NCBI RefSeq assembly: GCF_018977255.1
Contig: NW_024704748.1
Span: 26,660,001 to 26,724,000 of the forward strand
Direction of reading: 5' to 3'
DNA: 64,000 nucleotides
Source of the DNA: Callorhinchus milii
Lineage: Eukaryota
The notes beneath the pieces are model-generated. The model made no database searches. It worked only from the letters and a program-made list of their open reading frames with translations, and was not told the origin of the DNA. A program made the position numbers and the translations under genes. Below, piece after piece: positions 52,101 through 64,000 of the stretch (its first letter is position 1; each line of letters begins with the position of its first letter).

Positions 52101-53240
52101 GTTTTGCAATAAGTTCAGTACAGTCCTTAACGACGCACATACTCACATCCAGGTCTTCATTGAGGACGTTGGGCAGAGATACTTTTTGACCCTCTGAAGA
52201 TTCCGCCAAAGTAAATTACGTGACGCTCTCATATTGAAGACCCATTTAGCTTTGTGTTCTTGAGCCAGCAAGAGGTAACACTGGTCCATAACCTTGGAGT
52301 TGAAAAGAATGCTTGGTGGGAAAACAGCAGCGTAAAAGGGTACTTTGAGCCAGAAAAAAAGCGTCTTGGGACGCAAATTGCATCTGCTACAGTTGACAGC
52401 TCATCAATCGACAAGATTTCGGCTCCGATCAAAAGGTTTGCCTGGTCCGAGATCTCGCGGATTGGTTTGAAGTATGTGGAGATGCATTTTTTTCCCCCAA
52501 GGCAAGGCACCATTTACACTGCAGTTCTTCTGACCAGCACTTTTTCCAACCCCAGTGTTTGGTTTTAGAAAGAGTTTCGAACACGTGAGCTCAGGTCACA
52601 TCACGGGGACTAAGTGCTGTTTAACAGCAACAGTGATCACCAGACATGGTACTTCAGAGCAGCTCAATATTAAGTGCGAGTAAAGGGGAGAGGGAGTGAG
52701 TCACACATACAGAAATCTAACCCTTCACCAAACGTTAACTAACCTAAGACATTAAAGTCTTTATTTATTATTTTGTTTTACCCACAAAATACACAGTCAG
52801 TCCACTTTGCAGTATGTTCTGTGAAGCGCTTTGAGACGCCTCAAAGACGAGATAAGGCGCTGCATCAAATGCAAGGATTATTATTATAATAACACTATCA
52901 GAGGATAACAGAGGAAATCCCAGAGATAGATTGTTGGAATGGAATGCGCAACACACCTCAACACTGGAGTCTAAGCAGCTAAAACCACACAACTTGTGGA
53001 TACAGAGATACAGAGCTGGAAAGTAGGACAAATAAATAAAATAAAAGAGTGACTTAGAAAGAGTTAAAAGAGTGACAGGTCGGAGAAGCACAGACATGCT
53101 GGGCTGAATGCCCTTCTTCTGCGAGGAAAACAATTCTTTGGGGCTGAAATTTGATAAGGAACACTCATGAAACAATAATAATAATCCTCGCATTTGATGT
53201 AGAGCATTACTATGTCCTTGAGACGTCTCAAAGCGCTTCA
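46113..53240 (-). repeat. Right arm (copy) of ~7.1 kb inverted segmental duplication
   Basis: Begins GGGAAATGGACATATACTTG (rc of the segment ending at 41096) and ends …AAGCGCTTCA (rc of 33963); scattered SNPs and small indels relative to the left arm. Confidence 0.97.
46679..52289 (-). pseudogene. Partial inverted CASP7 duplicate lacking the canonical first exon, the QACRG exon and the last exon
   Basis: Copies with intact splice sites: candidate alternative exon 52147-52289, exons 49279-49433, 47636-47764 and 46679-46854. Read-through of the last donor gives …[22 protein letters not shown] (stop at 46634-46636). Confidence 0.85.
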
Positions 53241-53254
53241 TGGGACACTGCTAA

Positions 53255-53358
53255 GCGCAGGAATGGGACTGAATTGGAAGCTCTTTTTGAAAACCCAGCA
53301 CAGACAAGATGGGCCGAATGGCCTCCTTCTGTGCTGCTTAATTCTATGATTCTATGAT
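53255..53358 (+). mobile_element. CR1-type LINE 3' end
   Basis: GATGGGCCGAATGGCCTCCTTCTGTG followed by (TTCTATGA)n tail; related ends at ~30840-30910 (-), ~40945-41160 (-), ~33260-33390. Confidence 0.7.
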
Positions 53359-56300
53359 TTATTTTGGTTTTCCTGAAAATCAATCATTCACCAATCTTTC
53401 CATCAGGATGCATCTAACAAGAAAATGCAGTTGAGAGAGCATTTTCTGGCCAGCTAACTGTTAAGGGTTAACAAACTGAGTGGGAAGAAGAACAATAACA
53501 ACAGCGTTTATATAACATCCCTCTCACAGGATAGTGTCCCAGAGAACTCAAGAAATTACAGTCTTAACAATGTTAAGATAAAGCAATTTGATGTTGATTT
53601 CCCAAGGTTGCACTGCAAGTGTGAAATTCTGGTCAAACCAACAAATATGTAACAATAATAATCCTTGCATTTGAGATAGAGCCTTATCACGTCTTCGAGA
53701 CGTCTCAAAGCGCTTCACAGGATATACTGTAAAGTGAATTGACTGTATATTTTGTGGGCGTATCACAGCAGCCAATTGTGCACAGCAGCGTCCCACAAAC
53801 AGTCGTGGATTGAGTGACCAAATTGTTATATATCTTTTTAATTTATTTTTTGTTTTTAAGGGATTATTATCCCCAAAAAGCGACCTGCCAATCGACTAAC
53901 ATCCGGGTTCCTACTTACTGCTGGGTAAACAAAGGCGTAAATTTTATTTCTTGAGAAAGCTGAATTGCAATGCAATGCAAATAGCCATTTGAAATAGCGC
54001 CTTTCACATCTGCAAGACGTCACAAGGGATTTCATAACACTGGCTGGAATGCGTGAGTAATTAAACTTAATTTAGCATTTGAGCATGACAATTCTGCAGC
54101 TACACAAACACATGAAGGCGAATACAAAAGTCTTGTTTATTTTATGGGCGAAACGGGGACATCCAATTGCGCACAGCAGCGTCCCACAAACAGCCGTGGA
54201 TTGAGTGACGAAAGTATTATTTATTTATTTATTTATTTTGAAGGGATTATTACCCCAGGAAAAGCAAATCGCCAATTGAGTAACAACCAGGTTCCTGCTT
54301 TCTGCTGGTAAACATAGGCGTTTGCAGTAAGGAAACTCGCCCAAGGTTTCGTCCCACTCGGGAATCGAACCTGGGTCCTCTCGCCTTGCGAGCCAAGTGC
54401 TCTGACCACTGAGCTGTAGGACTCCACGATAATGTCATGATACCTCCACTCCTGGAATGAGGTTAACATGTCGTTCATGACGACAAATATCTCCAAACAA
54501 GAAGAGGTCATGATCTTGTAGTAAGTGCAATCTCCGTTACAAAGAGCCCCATTACCGGCAACCTTTTCACTGTGTCAGTGAACTAATTGTTCCAAGCTAT
54601 TCTATTTAAACACACTTTTATGTCCAGGCAGCCATTATTTGCAGAGTTGTAAGTCAGCGTTAAAAACTACTGTCTGGTGTAAAATCATCCCAAAGAATGT
54701 AATTTATATTGTGCGTCTATTTAGATATCCTATTTGGCATTGTGTAATGTGCGCCATTATCAATTTCACAAATAAAAACAAGGGAATTTATATAAATATA
54801 ACAAGAAAACATCACTTCTAAATGTATCTTGCTTTGCATTTCTTTTTCCTTTCTCTCTCTCTCTTTCTCTCTCACACACGCAAGCACACATTTGATATAG
54901 CGCCTTATCATATACTATGGTGAGGGGAAGGAAATCTCCTTAAATTCAGGGATTTCCAAGGCATTATTAATGTCTGTCACCAGTTCACCAGTTCTGGGCA
55001 AGTTTAGTACTCATTGTGAATCCATCTTATGTCTTTCCTTCGGCTTTTTGGAACCAGGAAACAAATAGGAACTTAATAAGTCAGTGTCAGTCACTGCACA
55101 ATTAGTTATTGTGTCTGAGGGGCCTTCCCCAGGTTTAAGCGCGAGAACTACACAGACAGAATAAACCAGTTTAGCAATACATGGACCGGCAGGTAATGCT
55201 TTGAAGAGTTTATGAATTGGAAAATTCTGGTGCTTGACGACCTCACGTCACACATAGTCCCTGAAAACCACTTGAATCTGTAGCTTCACATTTCCATAGT
55301 AACCACAGGTTTATTTAATCCTATGAATTCCCCCACTTTCTCCCCCAAGAAATCAAGCACATTCTTTCCTTATCTACCCTCTGATGACCCACACAACCAG
55401 ACACAAGTAATAAATTATAATAACCCTTGCATTTGATACAGCGCCCCATCATATCTTCGAGATGTCTCGATGCGCTCCATAGAATATACTGTAAAGTAAA
55501 TTAACTGTATAGTTTGTGGGCAAAACGCTCTTTCGAGACGTCTCGAAGATATGATAAGGCACTATGTCAAATGCAAGGATTATTATTATTATTATTACCA
55601 CCTTTTTTTCTGGAATATCTTTGCTCATGGAATTATTTCCGAAACAAAACCCGTCCAAAAAGCATTTCAGCAGCACATAGACTTAAGCAAAGTAAATTTC
55701 TGTTCGGTATCAATTAACAGAGCACATAAAGTTCTGACCAACTCAGACTGTGACTAAAAGGAGATTTACATGGACAGTTACTCGGACACTTTGTCCTGTA
55801 CAGGTCAAAGTTCCATGTTTAGCCCCCACGGATGTCATTACATCAGCTGTAGAGATATTTTAGTCTTTCTATTCAGCAATTTTACAATTTTCCAAAGATC
55901 ATTTGTATACTTTTGCAAACAGAATCTTGATCTAGGCAAACTGCACAATTTAGTGCGTTGCTGGAGTTAAATGCCACCTCGCTCACAAAATACACAGTCA
56001 ATTCACTTTGCAATATATTCTGTAATGCTCTTTGAGACGTCTCAAAGATGTGATAGGGCGCTGTATCCAATGCGAGGATTATTATTATTATTAGGATTAC
56101 TATTAAATGCAAAATATTGGTGCCTGAAAACCAGCATGGGAAGATACGTTTTATCTTGAAATAAAAACGCTGGTTATTGAAGGCAGGGGAGAAAAAAAGG
56201 AACCAAACTCACTTTGTTCCCGCACCAGATGGTCATGTTAAGACATGAAGCTGCGTTCTTGGGAGGGTCAATTGTCATGTCTAAAAAAAAACAGACGTAT

Positions 56301-56484
56301 CTTTGAACGATGGAAGATAAGCACAGGACATAATGTTCTGCAAACGTGTAAATCAGGAGAGAGAGCAGCTGGACAAAACTGTGCCATTCAAACTGCGAGG
56401 ACCACCAAGACAACTACACGCGGGGTCAAAAATAATCAGTGAGTGTATACAGGCTTCTAGCTGACCGGCCATGATAGCCTCTAC

Positions 56485-56870
56485 CAGACTGTGCTGGTTC
56501 TCAAATCCCTTCGTGCCCTGGCACCTCCCCGCCTCTCCGACCTGCTTATCCCCCAACCCACCACCTGCTGCCTCGGCTCGACTGGCTCCGGCCTCCTGCT
56601 TGTCCCTCGTGCCCTCCGTTCCACCATCGGTGGCCGCACTTTCAGCCGCTACGCCCTGAAACTCTGGAGCACTCTCCCTCTATTCCTCCGCCTCAACCCC
56701 TTCCTTCCTCATCTTCAGGTCGCGCCTGTAGACCTTCCTCCTCGACCGTGTCTACGGTCACCTCCTCCTTCCCCCCCAGCTGTCGTCGTGCTCCACTACT
56801 GTCAAGCGCTCTGGGTCCTACCCTGTGTGAGAGGCTCTGTTTAAATGCACGTTGCTGTTGTTGTTGCTGA
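56485..56870 (+). mobile_element. L2 LINE 3' fragment
   Basis: LVLKSLRALAPPRLSDLL…GSGLLLVPR…TIGGRTFSRYALKLWSTLP; (TTG)n tail. Similar fragments at ~770-1045 (-), ~2890-3070, ~9200-9435, ~17690-17970 (-). Confidence 0.8.
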
Positions 56871-58094
56871 TTGCTATCGTAGGTATGTGTTCTCAAAGCC
56901 CACCGAAGAAGGCAGTTTCTCTCTCCTGGTATCTTGGCCAACGACAGCCCAGATATAATTGGTCATTCACTTTGCAGGTAATTTGTACAGATTGGTTTCT
57001 GCATTTATCCTATAAAATGCACGAGTCACTACATTTCACAGTAAAAATTCACTTTTAGATCTCAAGGCACGAGTCGAAAAGGGAAGACAACAATCCCGGA
57101 AAATAAAATTGTTCCTTAACTTGAAGGTTGTTTGTCCCAAATCACTGCATGGAAATTAGCTGCCTCCTTGAATACACAATCAGCTCACTTTATATTATTT
57201 ACACTATTTACAGCTCACGTAACAATACATCTGTGGTACACTCTTGCCCGTGAGTCAGAAGTTTGTGGGTTCAAATTCCGTTTCAGGACTTGAACTCACG
57301 TAGTCCAAGTTGACTCCCCAGTGCAATGCTGGTGTGTGTGAATCATTTGTGTGTTGCATTGCATCCTTTGGATGAGACGTTAAACCAAGGTCCCACCTGC
57401 CTGTCGAGGTGGGCATTGAAGATCTCATGGCAATATTCAAAAGTGTAGGGAGTTCTTCCAGTGTCCTGGCCAACAATCCTCCAAATAAAATTGGTCATTT
57501 ATTTCATGGCTGTTTGTAGGACAGTGTAATTGTGCTGCTGTGTTTGCCCACAAATACACAATCACTTTGTGTCACAGTAAATCCTGTGAAGCGCTTTGAG
57601 ATGTCCTTCCAACATGACAAGGCACTATACCAAATGCGAGGATTATTATTCTTATTATTACTTTTATTATTATTTTTATCCCTTGAAGTGCTGACAAGAC
57701 AGGCGCCGTATCAAATACAAGTATTATTATAAAGAATTGGTTCCTGGTTTGTATCCCAAAATGGTCCTCAGCTGAACTCATGCCCTCCTGTCCTGTTGCC
57801 CTGCAATAGCTGAAAATAATCTTCTTGCTCGCATATCTACCATCGATTTCACCATCCTAACTGCAGCGAAGTGGGAGGAAAGTGGAACGAAACAGAGCAA
57901 AAGTTTCACATCAGCATTTTAGTGATTTCGGATGACTATTCATTTGCTCTGGGCACGATCCTTTGTTTCGTAAAGAACGAGTGGGAATTAGTCTGTGCGC
58001 TTGGTGGCAGGTCGGTGGTGAGGTTTGGAAGGAGGAAATAAAAGGGAAATCCCAGCAAGGAAGTCATTCGTGTGTTATTTTCCGGAGGCCGTCT

Positions 58095-58190
58095 CTACAC
58101 GGGGCGGGAGGAGTCAGTCTGCTCAGGTAAAATTGCACACTCTGACTGCTGATTAGATGAGAAGCGGCTGTACAGGGGATTGGATTGCTG
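58095..58190 (+). promoter_or_regulatory. Probable promoter / non-coding first exon of PLEKHS1
   Basis: GC box GGGGCGGGAG at 58101, AP-1-like GAGTCA nearby, donor CTG|GTGAGT at ~58190, upstream of the ATG exon. Confidence 0.4.
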
Positions 58191-58344
58191 GTGAGTGTTC
58201 AGCTGAAACTGTTGTCACGTCATTGAGCGTTTGTTCTGTGAAGCTCCGCTAGGCCAAGTATGTGTAACCGCAATGAAGGCAGTTGAAGATTTATCATTTT
58301 CCCCGAGTCTGTAAACCAGGGACGGTGCACGTAACTTTTACATT

Positions 58345-58738
58345 CCAATTCCTGTGGCGCAGTGGTTAGAGCACTCGCCTCGCGAGCGAGAGGACCCGGG
58401 TTCGCTTCCCGGGGCGGGGCGGGGCGAAACCTTGGGCAAGTTGCCTTACTCCACACGCCTCTGTTTACCAGCAGTGAGTAGGAACCCGGTTGTTAGTCGA
58501 GTGTTGGATCGCTTTTCCGGGGGTTAACAATCCCTTTTTTTAAAAAAAAGTTTTCAATAATAATTTGGTCACTCAATCCACGACCGTGTGTGGGACGCTG
58601 CGGTGCGCAATTGGCTGCCGCGTTTCGTCCACAAATTATACAGTCGATTCACACATTACAGTGTATTCTGCGAAGCGCTTTGAGACCTCTCAAAGACGCG
58701 ATAAAGCATTATGTCGAACGCAAGATTGTTATTATAAT
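58345..58738 (+). mobile_element. Full-length tRNA-head SINE, GC-enriched copy
   Basis: Family consensus with extra GGGGCGGGGCGGGGCG and additional CpGs. Confidence 0.85.
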
Positions 58739-59804
58739 TCTATCAACTTTTTTCGCTGCACAAAAAGAATGATTGCGTTTTGGAGAAGGCGGAGAAATTT
58801 TCGGGGGCGAGGTGGGGGCTTTGTTGTTGATTTTTTTAAAAAGTTCAGTGAGTTGAAATAAATGCGAGGAGGAGTAGAACTGGGAAATGTTCCAGTTGAA
58901 AAGGTCCAAAGAAAGATCACAAAGGTTACAAAAGGCTTTACCAGAATTAAAACTCACTGCAGTGATCTTTACTTACACTGTTTAACATCCACTTACATCC
59001 GTTTAATGATTTTTAAATTCATGTTTAAAAGCTATTTATGTTTTTCTTAAAATATTGCAATTATTTATTTTAAAACACCACTGTTGCTAATGTGTTTTTA
59101 TATACCGCAGCTATATTTGTTATAATTCACTAAATAAATGAATAAGTAAATAATAATTTGGTCACTCAATCCACGACTGCTTGTGGGACGCTGCTGTGCG
59201 CAATCGGCTGCCGCGTTCGCCCACAAAATGCACAGTCAATTCACTTTACAGTGAAGCGCTTTGAGACGACTCGAAGACGTGATGAAGCATTATATCAAAA
59301 GCAAGGATTATTATTACCACTATTTGTTGAAGTTGATTTTTTTTCGTGTTTCTAATAATAATGAAACTGACACTTAACAAAGAAACTTTTTTTAAAAAAT
59401 GGACATTACCATTTATAGCAAGTTTCACAAGGAATAATATTGAAAGAAATAATCCCCGCTGGAATAAATTCTAACCTAGCTCTGCCTTCCTATAATTTTA
59501 TAATTTCACTAAATTATTTGCAACAGTTTGGTACAATAACATTGAAATGACTTACAACAATTGGCTGCCGCGTTTCACCCATAAAACACACAATCAATTC
59601 ACGTTACAGTATATTCTGTGAAGCGCTTTGAGACGTCTCGAAGATGTGATGAAGCGCTATATCAAATGCAAGGATTATTATTATTATAAATCAATATACA
59701 CTTAGCGTTGCTCTATTGCTTCAGGAACTCTGGTCACAGTCTGTGATGTGTTTTTCTTCTTTTCCAGATCGTGTTTTGTTTCGAGTTCCTGTGAAGAACT
59801 TAAA

Positions 59805-62800
59805 ATGCAGAGAAAAGGTAACATTTCTATTTACACACAGCAAAATAAATGCTAGCTCCGGTACAATTCGGTGGAAGAGTGAGAAAACATTCAAAGGAGT
59901 GGATAATACTAAGGGCTTTACTACATTGTTTAAGATCCTGAAAATATTTGATCAACCGGATGTTAAGAGGCTGTTTTATGAGGTATTTGTTGATTCTAAT
60001 CGACGAGATTTAACTGACTTCAAAATAGCTGATACAGATCTTTACAAGGAACTGCTTTACTCAGAACGTGATGAGGAAGTGGAAAGCGTTGCTGGAAACT
60101 TTGATTAATTTTATTGATCAAATCGGATTTTATACAACTTCTAAAAGTTTCCCGCAACCTGGACTTAACGTAAACCGTATTAAATGTTATATAGTTTTAC
60201 TCCAGAGAGTGGAGAGGTGGAATGGTTAAAAAAAAGGATAAATATTTTAAAGTGTGCTGCCTTTAAATCGGGTGAGAATCAGATGCGGTATTTTTGATTG
60301 CAATTCGTGACAATGTCTTTTTTTTTAAAAACAATTTAAACAGAACGTTCAAGTTCAATATTTTACGCAACTGGGGCCAATTTCTTCGAAGGATGTCTTC
60401 AGAAATCACCTCCAATCAATAAGTTCACGTCACAGGTATGCAATTAAAATGACTTTGGTCAAATGTTATTCTTTTGTGAAAATGATTAGGTTACGTGAGC
60501 AAAATGGGAGTTATCTCTGATCCCATCGGCCTCACCAGTTTGTCAGTCCAACTCACCAAACCAGCACAAGATCTTGATGTCACCGAAAGGCACTACATTT
60601 TGCAAATGAAGGCAATTAAGTTGAATTAAGAGAATCTTAACTCTTTTTATAATCTCCTTTGATGCCCCCAAACCAAACTTATGATTGCGCGCACAAAAAG
60701 TGCTTCTTTTACACGTGTAAATGTACTGAAGACACCTGTAAATTGATTTGCTGCGTTGAATATACGTGATAGGTGAGGTGGCTTACTTTGTATTTAACGC
60801 AGCTTGAACTTTTGCCATATTCTGTGTTTTCTTACATTTTCAATAATCTTTGATTCAAATTTTTAATCTCTATAGACATCATGGAAGAAACGATACTTCG
60901 TATTAAGAGAAGAAAGTGACGAATACATCTTGAAGTACTATAAAAACCGGGACGAAAAAAGTGCAAAAGCACTGGGAGAAATACCTATAAAGGGGTAATC
61001 ATTTTTATTTGTTTCATGTGACCAAGCCTGTGCAAATAAGTCATGAAATTATTTCAAGAATCTTTTCTCTGCTAAATTCTGGAAACTATTTTCTGGAGTC
61101 CTGTAGAGTAGATGTTAAAGCACTCGCCTCACAAGCGAGAGGACTTGTTGACTAGCAACTGCGGTTCCTACTTTACCGCTAGGTACACAGAGGCGTGTGG
61201 AGTAAGGAAACTTGCCCAACCTTTTGCCCTGACCTGCCCGGGGATCGAACCCAGGTCCTCTCGCTTGCGAGGCGAGTGCTCTAACCACTGATTTGGGTGA
61301 GATTGGTTTTCCAGCCACAACAATGTGTGTTCCTCAATGGTTAAACAGGATTAAAGAGATGGACATCGGCCCACAGCACCATGCCAAATGGAAGACACTT
61401 GAGAAAATGTTCAAGTGCACCCGAGAGAGAGTTATTTTTCTGAAGACGGAGGGAAGGGAATACTTTTTCATTGGAGAGAAGTAAGTATTCAAAGCACCAG
61501 GAAATATTTCTGTTGAACTCCATCTCAGAGTGGCCCCCTTTCTGGGTTGCAAGCATTCTACATTCTCTAAGCTTACCCAGACAGCAGTGGTGGGGGGGCG
61601 GGCGGGCGGGCGGGCTGGGGGGAGCTGTGGTGGGTGCTGGGCTGGGAAGAAGGAATAATTAAATGGTCCCTGGCCACTGTTCAGTAACCGCTGATGAAAC
61701 GTGGACATCTTGAGGACAGGCTATAGCTTGGTTCTTCATCACTCTGAGACGCTGCCCCTTGTGAAGGGCGCCAGATAAAATCGCAAGTTGTCGTTGTCAT
61801 CTTTTGCTACTCGACTGTCAACTGGATTCACTCTCGGCTGTTTTGAAACAACAGTTTGTGCAATGCTCGTGCCACCGAGGGAGGAATTGGTGCGGGGGGC
61901 AGGGGAGTAGCAATAGTTATTGGCTGTTCAAACATCTATTGAGGTGTGACCATATTTGAGCTGTGTAATAGTTGGAATAGACTGTAAATGTGAATGCGAA
62001 ATATTTCATAAGCTGTGAAGCTTTATTTTAATTCTGCTTTCCCCCCACTTCTCCTCCACCCCCACTTTCCCCCGCCCGCTCTTACACAGAGATCAAGTCA
62101 AGGACTTGCAACAGAAAATTCTGAATTTGAAAAACATTTCTCCTGTTGAAGACCAACCGGTAATAAATGGACCTTTATTGTCAATAACAGCACTGTATCC
62201 TATAGGAAAACATGCAAGAGAATGGGGCTGTTTTGGGCACAATCAATGCTGTACACAAATTGGCAGCACTCTCACCCACAAAACACTGTCGCTTTGTGGC
62301 CAGCTGATGGGATGGTCATTTCAGTAAGGCAGGATTAATGAAGGGCCTTCTTTATCCACACTAACCTTGTGATCTTGTGAACGCACTTCAGCAAGAGAAC
62401 TATCCAAGAATTGGTTAAACATTCAGAAAGGAAGGGGAGGTGAGCTCAAATCTCAGAGGAGTCTGGAGGCAAAATATGCAATGCTCCTTTAGCATTCTGT
62501 GGTCGTCCAGACTGTGGGTGCTTTGACAATGTCTTGCCCATACGGATATTTTGAATCGGCGATAGACAAGTCACTATTGACTAAAATGACTTTTCTCCCC
62601 ACACCGCCCACTCCCCCAAAAAATGTATAGTTTGGGGTTTATCATACATAAAATGAAGGATCTATTTCACACACGCAAGAGCTCAGCAATCTCTATTTTA
62701 AACATGTTCTAAAAACAACAACAATTTACATTTATATAGCGCCCCTCACCAGGGTAGCGTCACAAAGCGCTTGACAGTGGCGGAGAGCTCAATAGAAAGT

Positions 62801-63364
62801 CTTATTAAATGATAAACAAATGTTGAAATGGGCTCAGCTGATAACTAAGACCTTCTCACCACAACTTCTTTGCAGAATTATTCTGGAAGATTCCATGGAG
62901 ATATACCACATCTACAACCAGAAGCTTCTTCAACCAACAACTCACACACAATTTACTCCACAATATCAGAAACTTTAGCTGAGGTAACCCAGACCTGGTT
63001 TTTGAAATGATTGAAGTGCTTTTCTGTAGTATCGACCATATCTCTCGCCATTGTTTGATGTTTGCTACTGCGCTATAATGTCAGCGGAGACTACAAACTC
63101 CAAATTCTAACGTTTGATCCCACAAATGTTCTGACCTAAGGGCAAGAGTGCTGCCGAGTGAGTAAAGTCGTCAGGGTTTGTGCAAAAAATCAGGTGATGC
63201 ATTAAATATACCGAGCAAGTACACTTGTGGACTTTCCTATTCTATGTTTGCAGGTAGAACGGAAAAGAGGTGGAGAAACCAAATTATCCGCTTATTCTGC
63301 AGTTGATCCACCAGAAACCATTCAGTGCATCTATGATGTGCCCAAAAATATACTAGAGGCAGGG
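59805..63364 (+). CDS. PLEKHS1: Pleckstrin homology domain-containing S1, 5' part (continues beyond the window)
   Basis: In-phase GT-AG exons 59805-59817 (MQRK), 60344-60435 (…[13 protein letters not shown]), 60876-60994 ([10 protein letters not shown]…LKYYK…GEIPI), 61349-61480 (…[25 protein letters not shown]), 62090-62159, 62876-62983, 63254-63364 (…IYDVPKNIL). KSPP/SWKKR/KMFKC/REYF.IG match the PLEKHS1 PH domain as recalled; syntenic position after CASP7. Confidence 0.9.
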
Positions 63365-63373
63365 GTAAGCAAT

Positions 63374-63953
63374 TAATAATAATAATCCTTGCATTTGATA
63401 CAGCGCCTTATCACATCTTCGAGACGTCTCAAAGCGCTTCACAAAATATACTGTAAAGTCAATTGACTGTATATTTTGTGGGCGAAACGCGGCAGCCAAT
63501 TGTGCACAACAGCGTCCCACAGACAGTCGTGGATTGAGTGACCAATTAGTATTACATTTTTTTTTGAAGGGACTATTACCCCCGGAAAAGTGATTGGCCA
63601 ATCGACTAACAACCGGGTTCCTACTCACTGCTAAGTAAACAGAGGCGTGTGGAGTAACAACAACAACACAACAAGATTCCATTTATAGAGCGCCTTTCAC
63701 GTCAGGAGGACGTCCCAAGGCGCTGTACAGTTGGGTCAGGACCCAAGTCGGGGGAAAATGATGAGGGGAGGGAAGGGAGGGAGCGAGGAGGGGGTAGAGA
63801 GTCGAGAGGGGAGCTGAAGGCACGGTCAAAGATAAAGGTCTTGAGACCGGCCTTGAAGGAGGAAACTTGCCCAACGTTTCCCCCTGCCCGGGAATCAAAC
63901 CCAGGTCCTCTCGCTTGCGAGGCGAGTGCTCTAACCACTGAGCTACAGGACTC
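63374..63953 (-). mobile_element. SINE interrupted by a nested L2 3' end (~63656-63860)
   Basis: SINE sequence breaks at GGAGTAA and resumes at GGAAACTTGCCC; the insert matches the L2 tail at ~23820-24120. Confidence 0.8.
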
Positions 63954-64000
63954 GAAAAGTCCAAGTCAGTAGTGTATTAGTGTCGTCGATTTCATTGCCG

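Noticed and set aside
59716-60108. 130-aa ORF
   Set aside because: Overlaps the short PLEKHS1 ATG exon in another frame and continues into what looks like decayed LINE sequence.

Overview
Vertebrate nuclear genomic DNA, intron-rich and dense in SINE/LINE copies. The repeat types and protein divergence suggest a cartilaginous fish (inference). Genes were reconstructed by hand from GT-AG exons. (1) The 5' part of NRAP on the minus strand (11 coding exons: LIM domain plus nebulin repeats). (2) A 3-exon type I membrane protein gene of the TGOLN2 (TGN38/46) / KCT2 (C5orf15) family, with an 18-bp GC-rich VNTR ectodomain, lying between NRAP and CASP7. (3) A complete CASP7 (313 aa, 6 coding exons). 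(4) The 5' part of PLEKHS1. The most striking structure is a ~7.1 kb near-identical inverted duplication (33963-41096 vs 46113-53240). It copies three CASP7 exons plus a candidate alternative start exon but not the QACRG exon. The 5 kb spacer that carries the catalytic-Cys and terminal exons therefore sits between two head-on CASP7 half-genes and could in principle be flipped between them. Also noted: a strongly AT->GC-shifted SINE forming the CASP7 CpG island, recurrent fold-back SINE tails, and NRAP exon content that differs from the mammalian gene as I recall it. Comparisons to human proteins are from memory, not from database searches.
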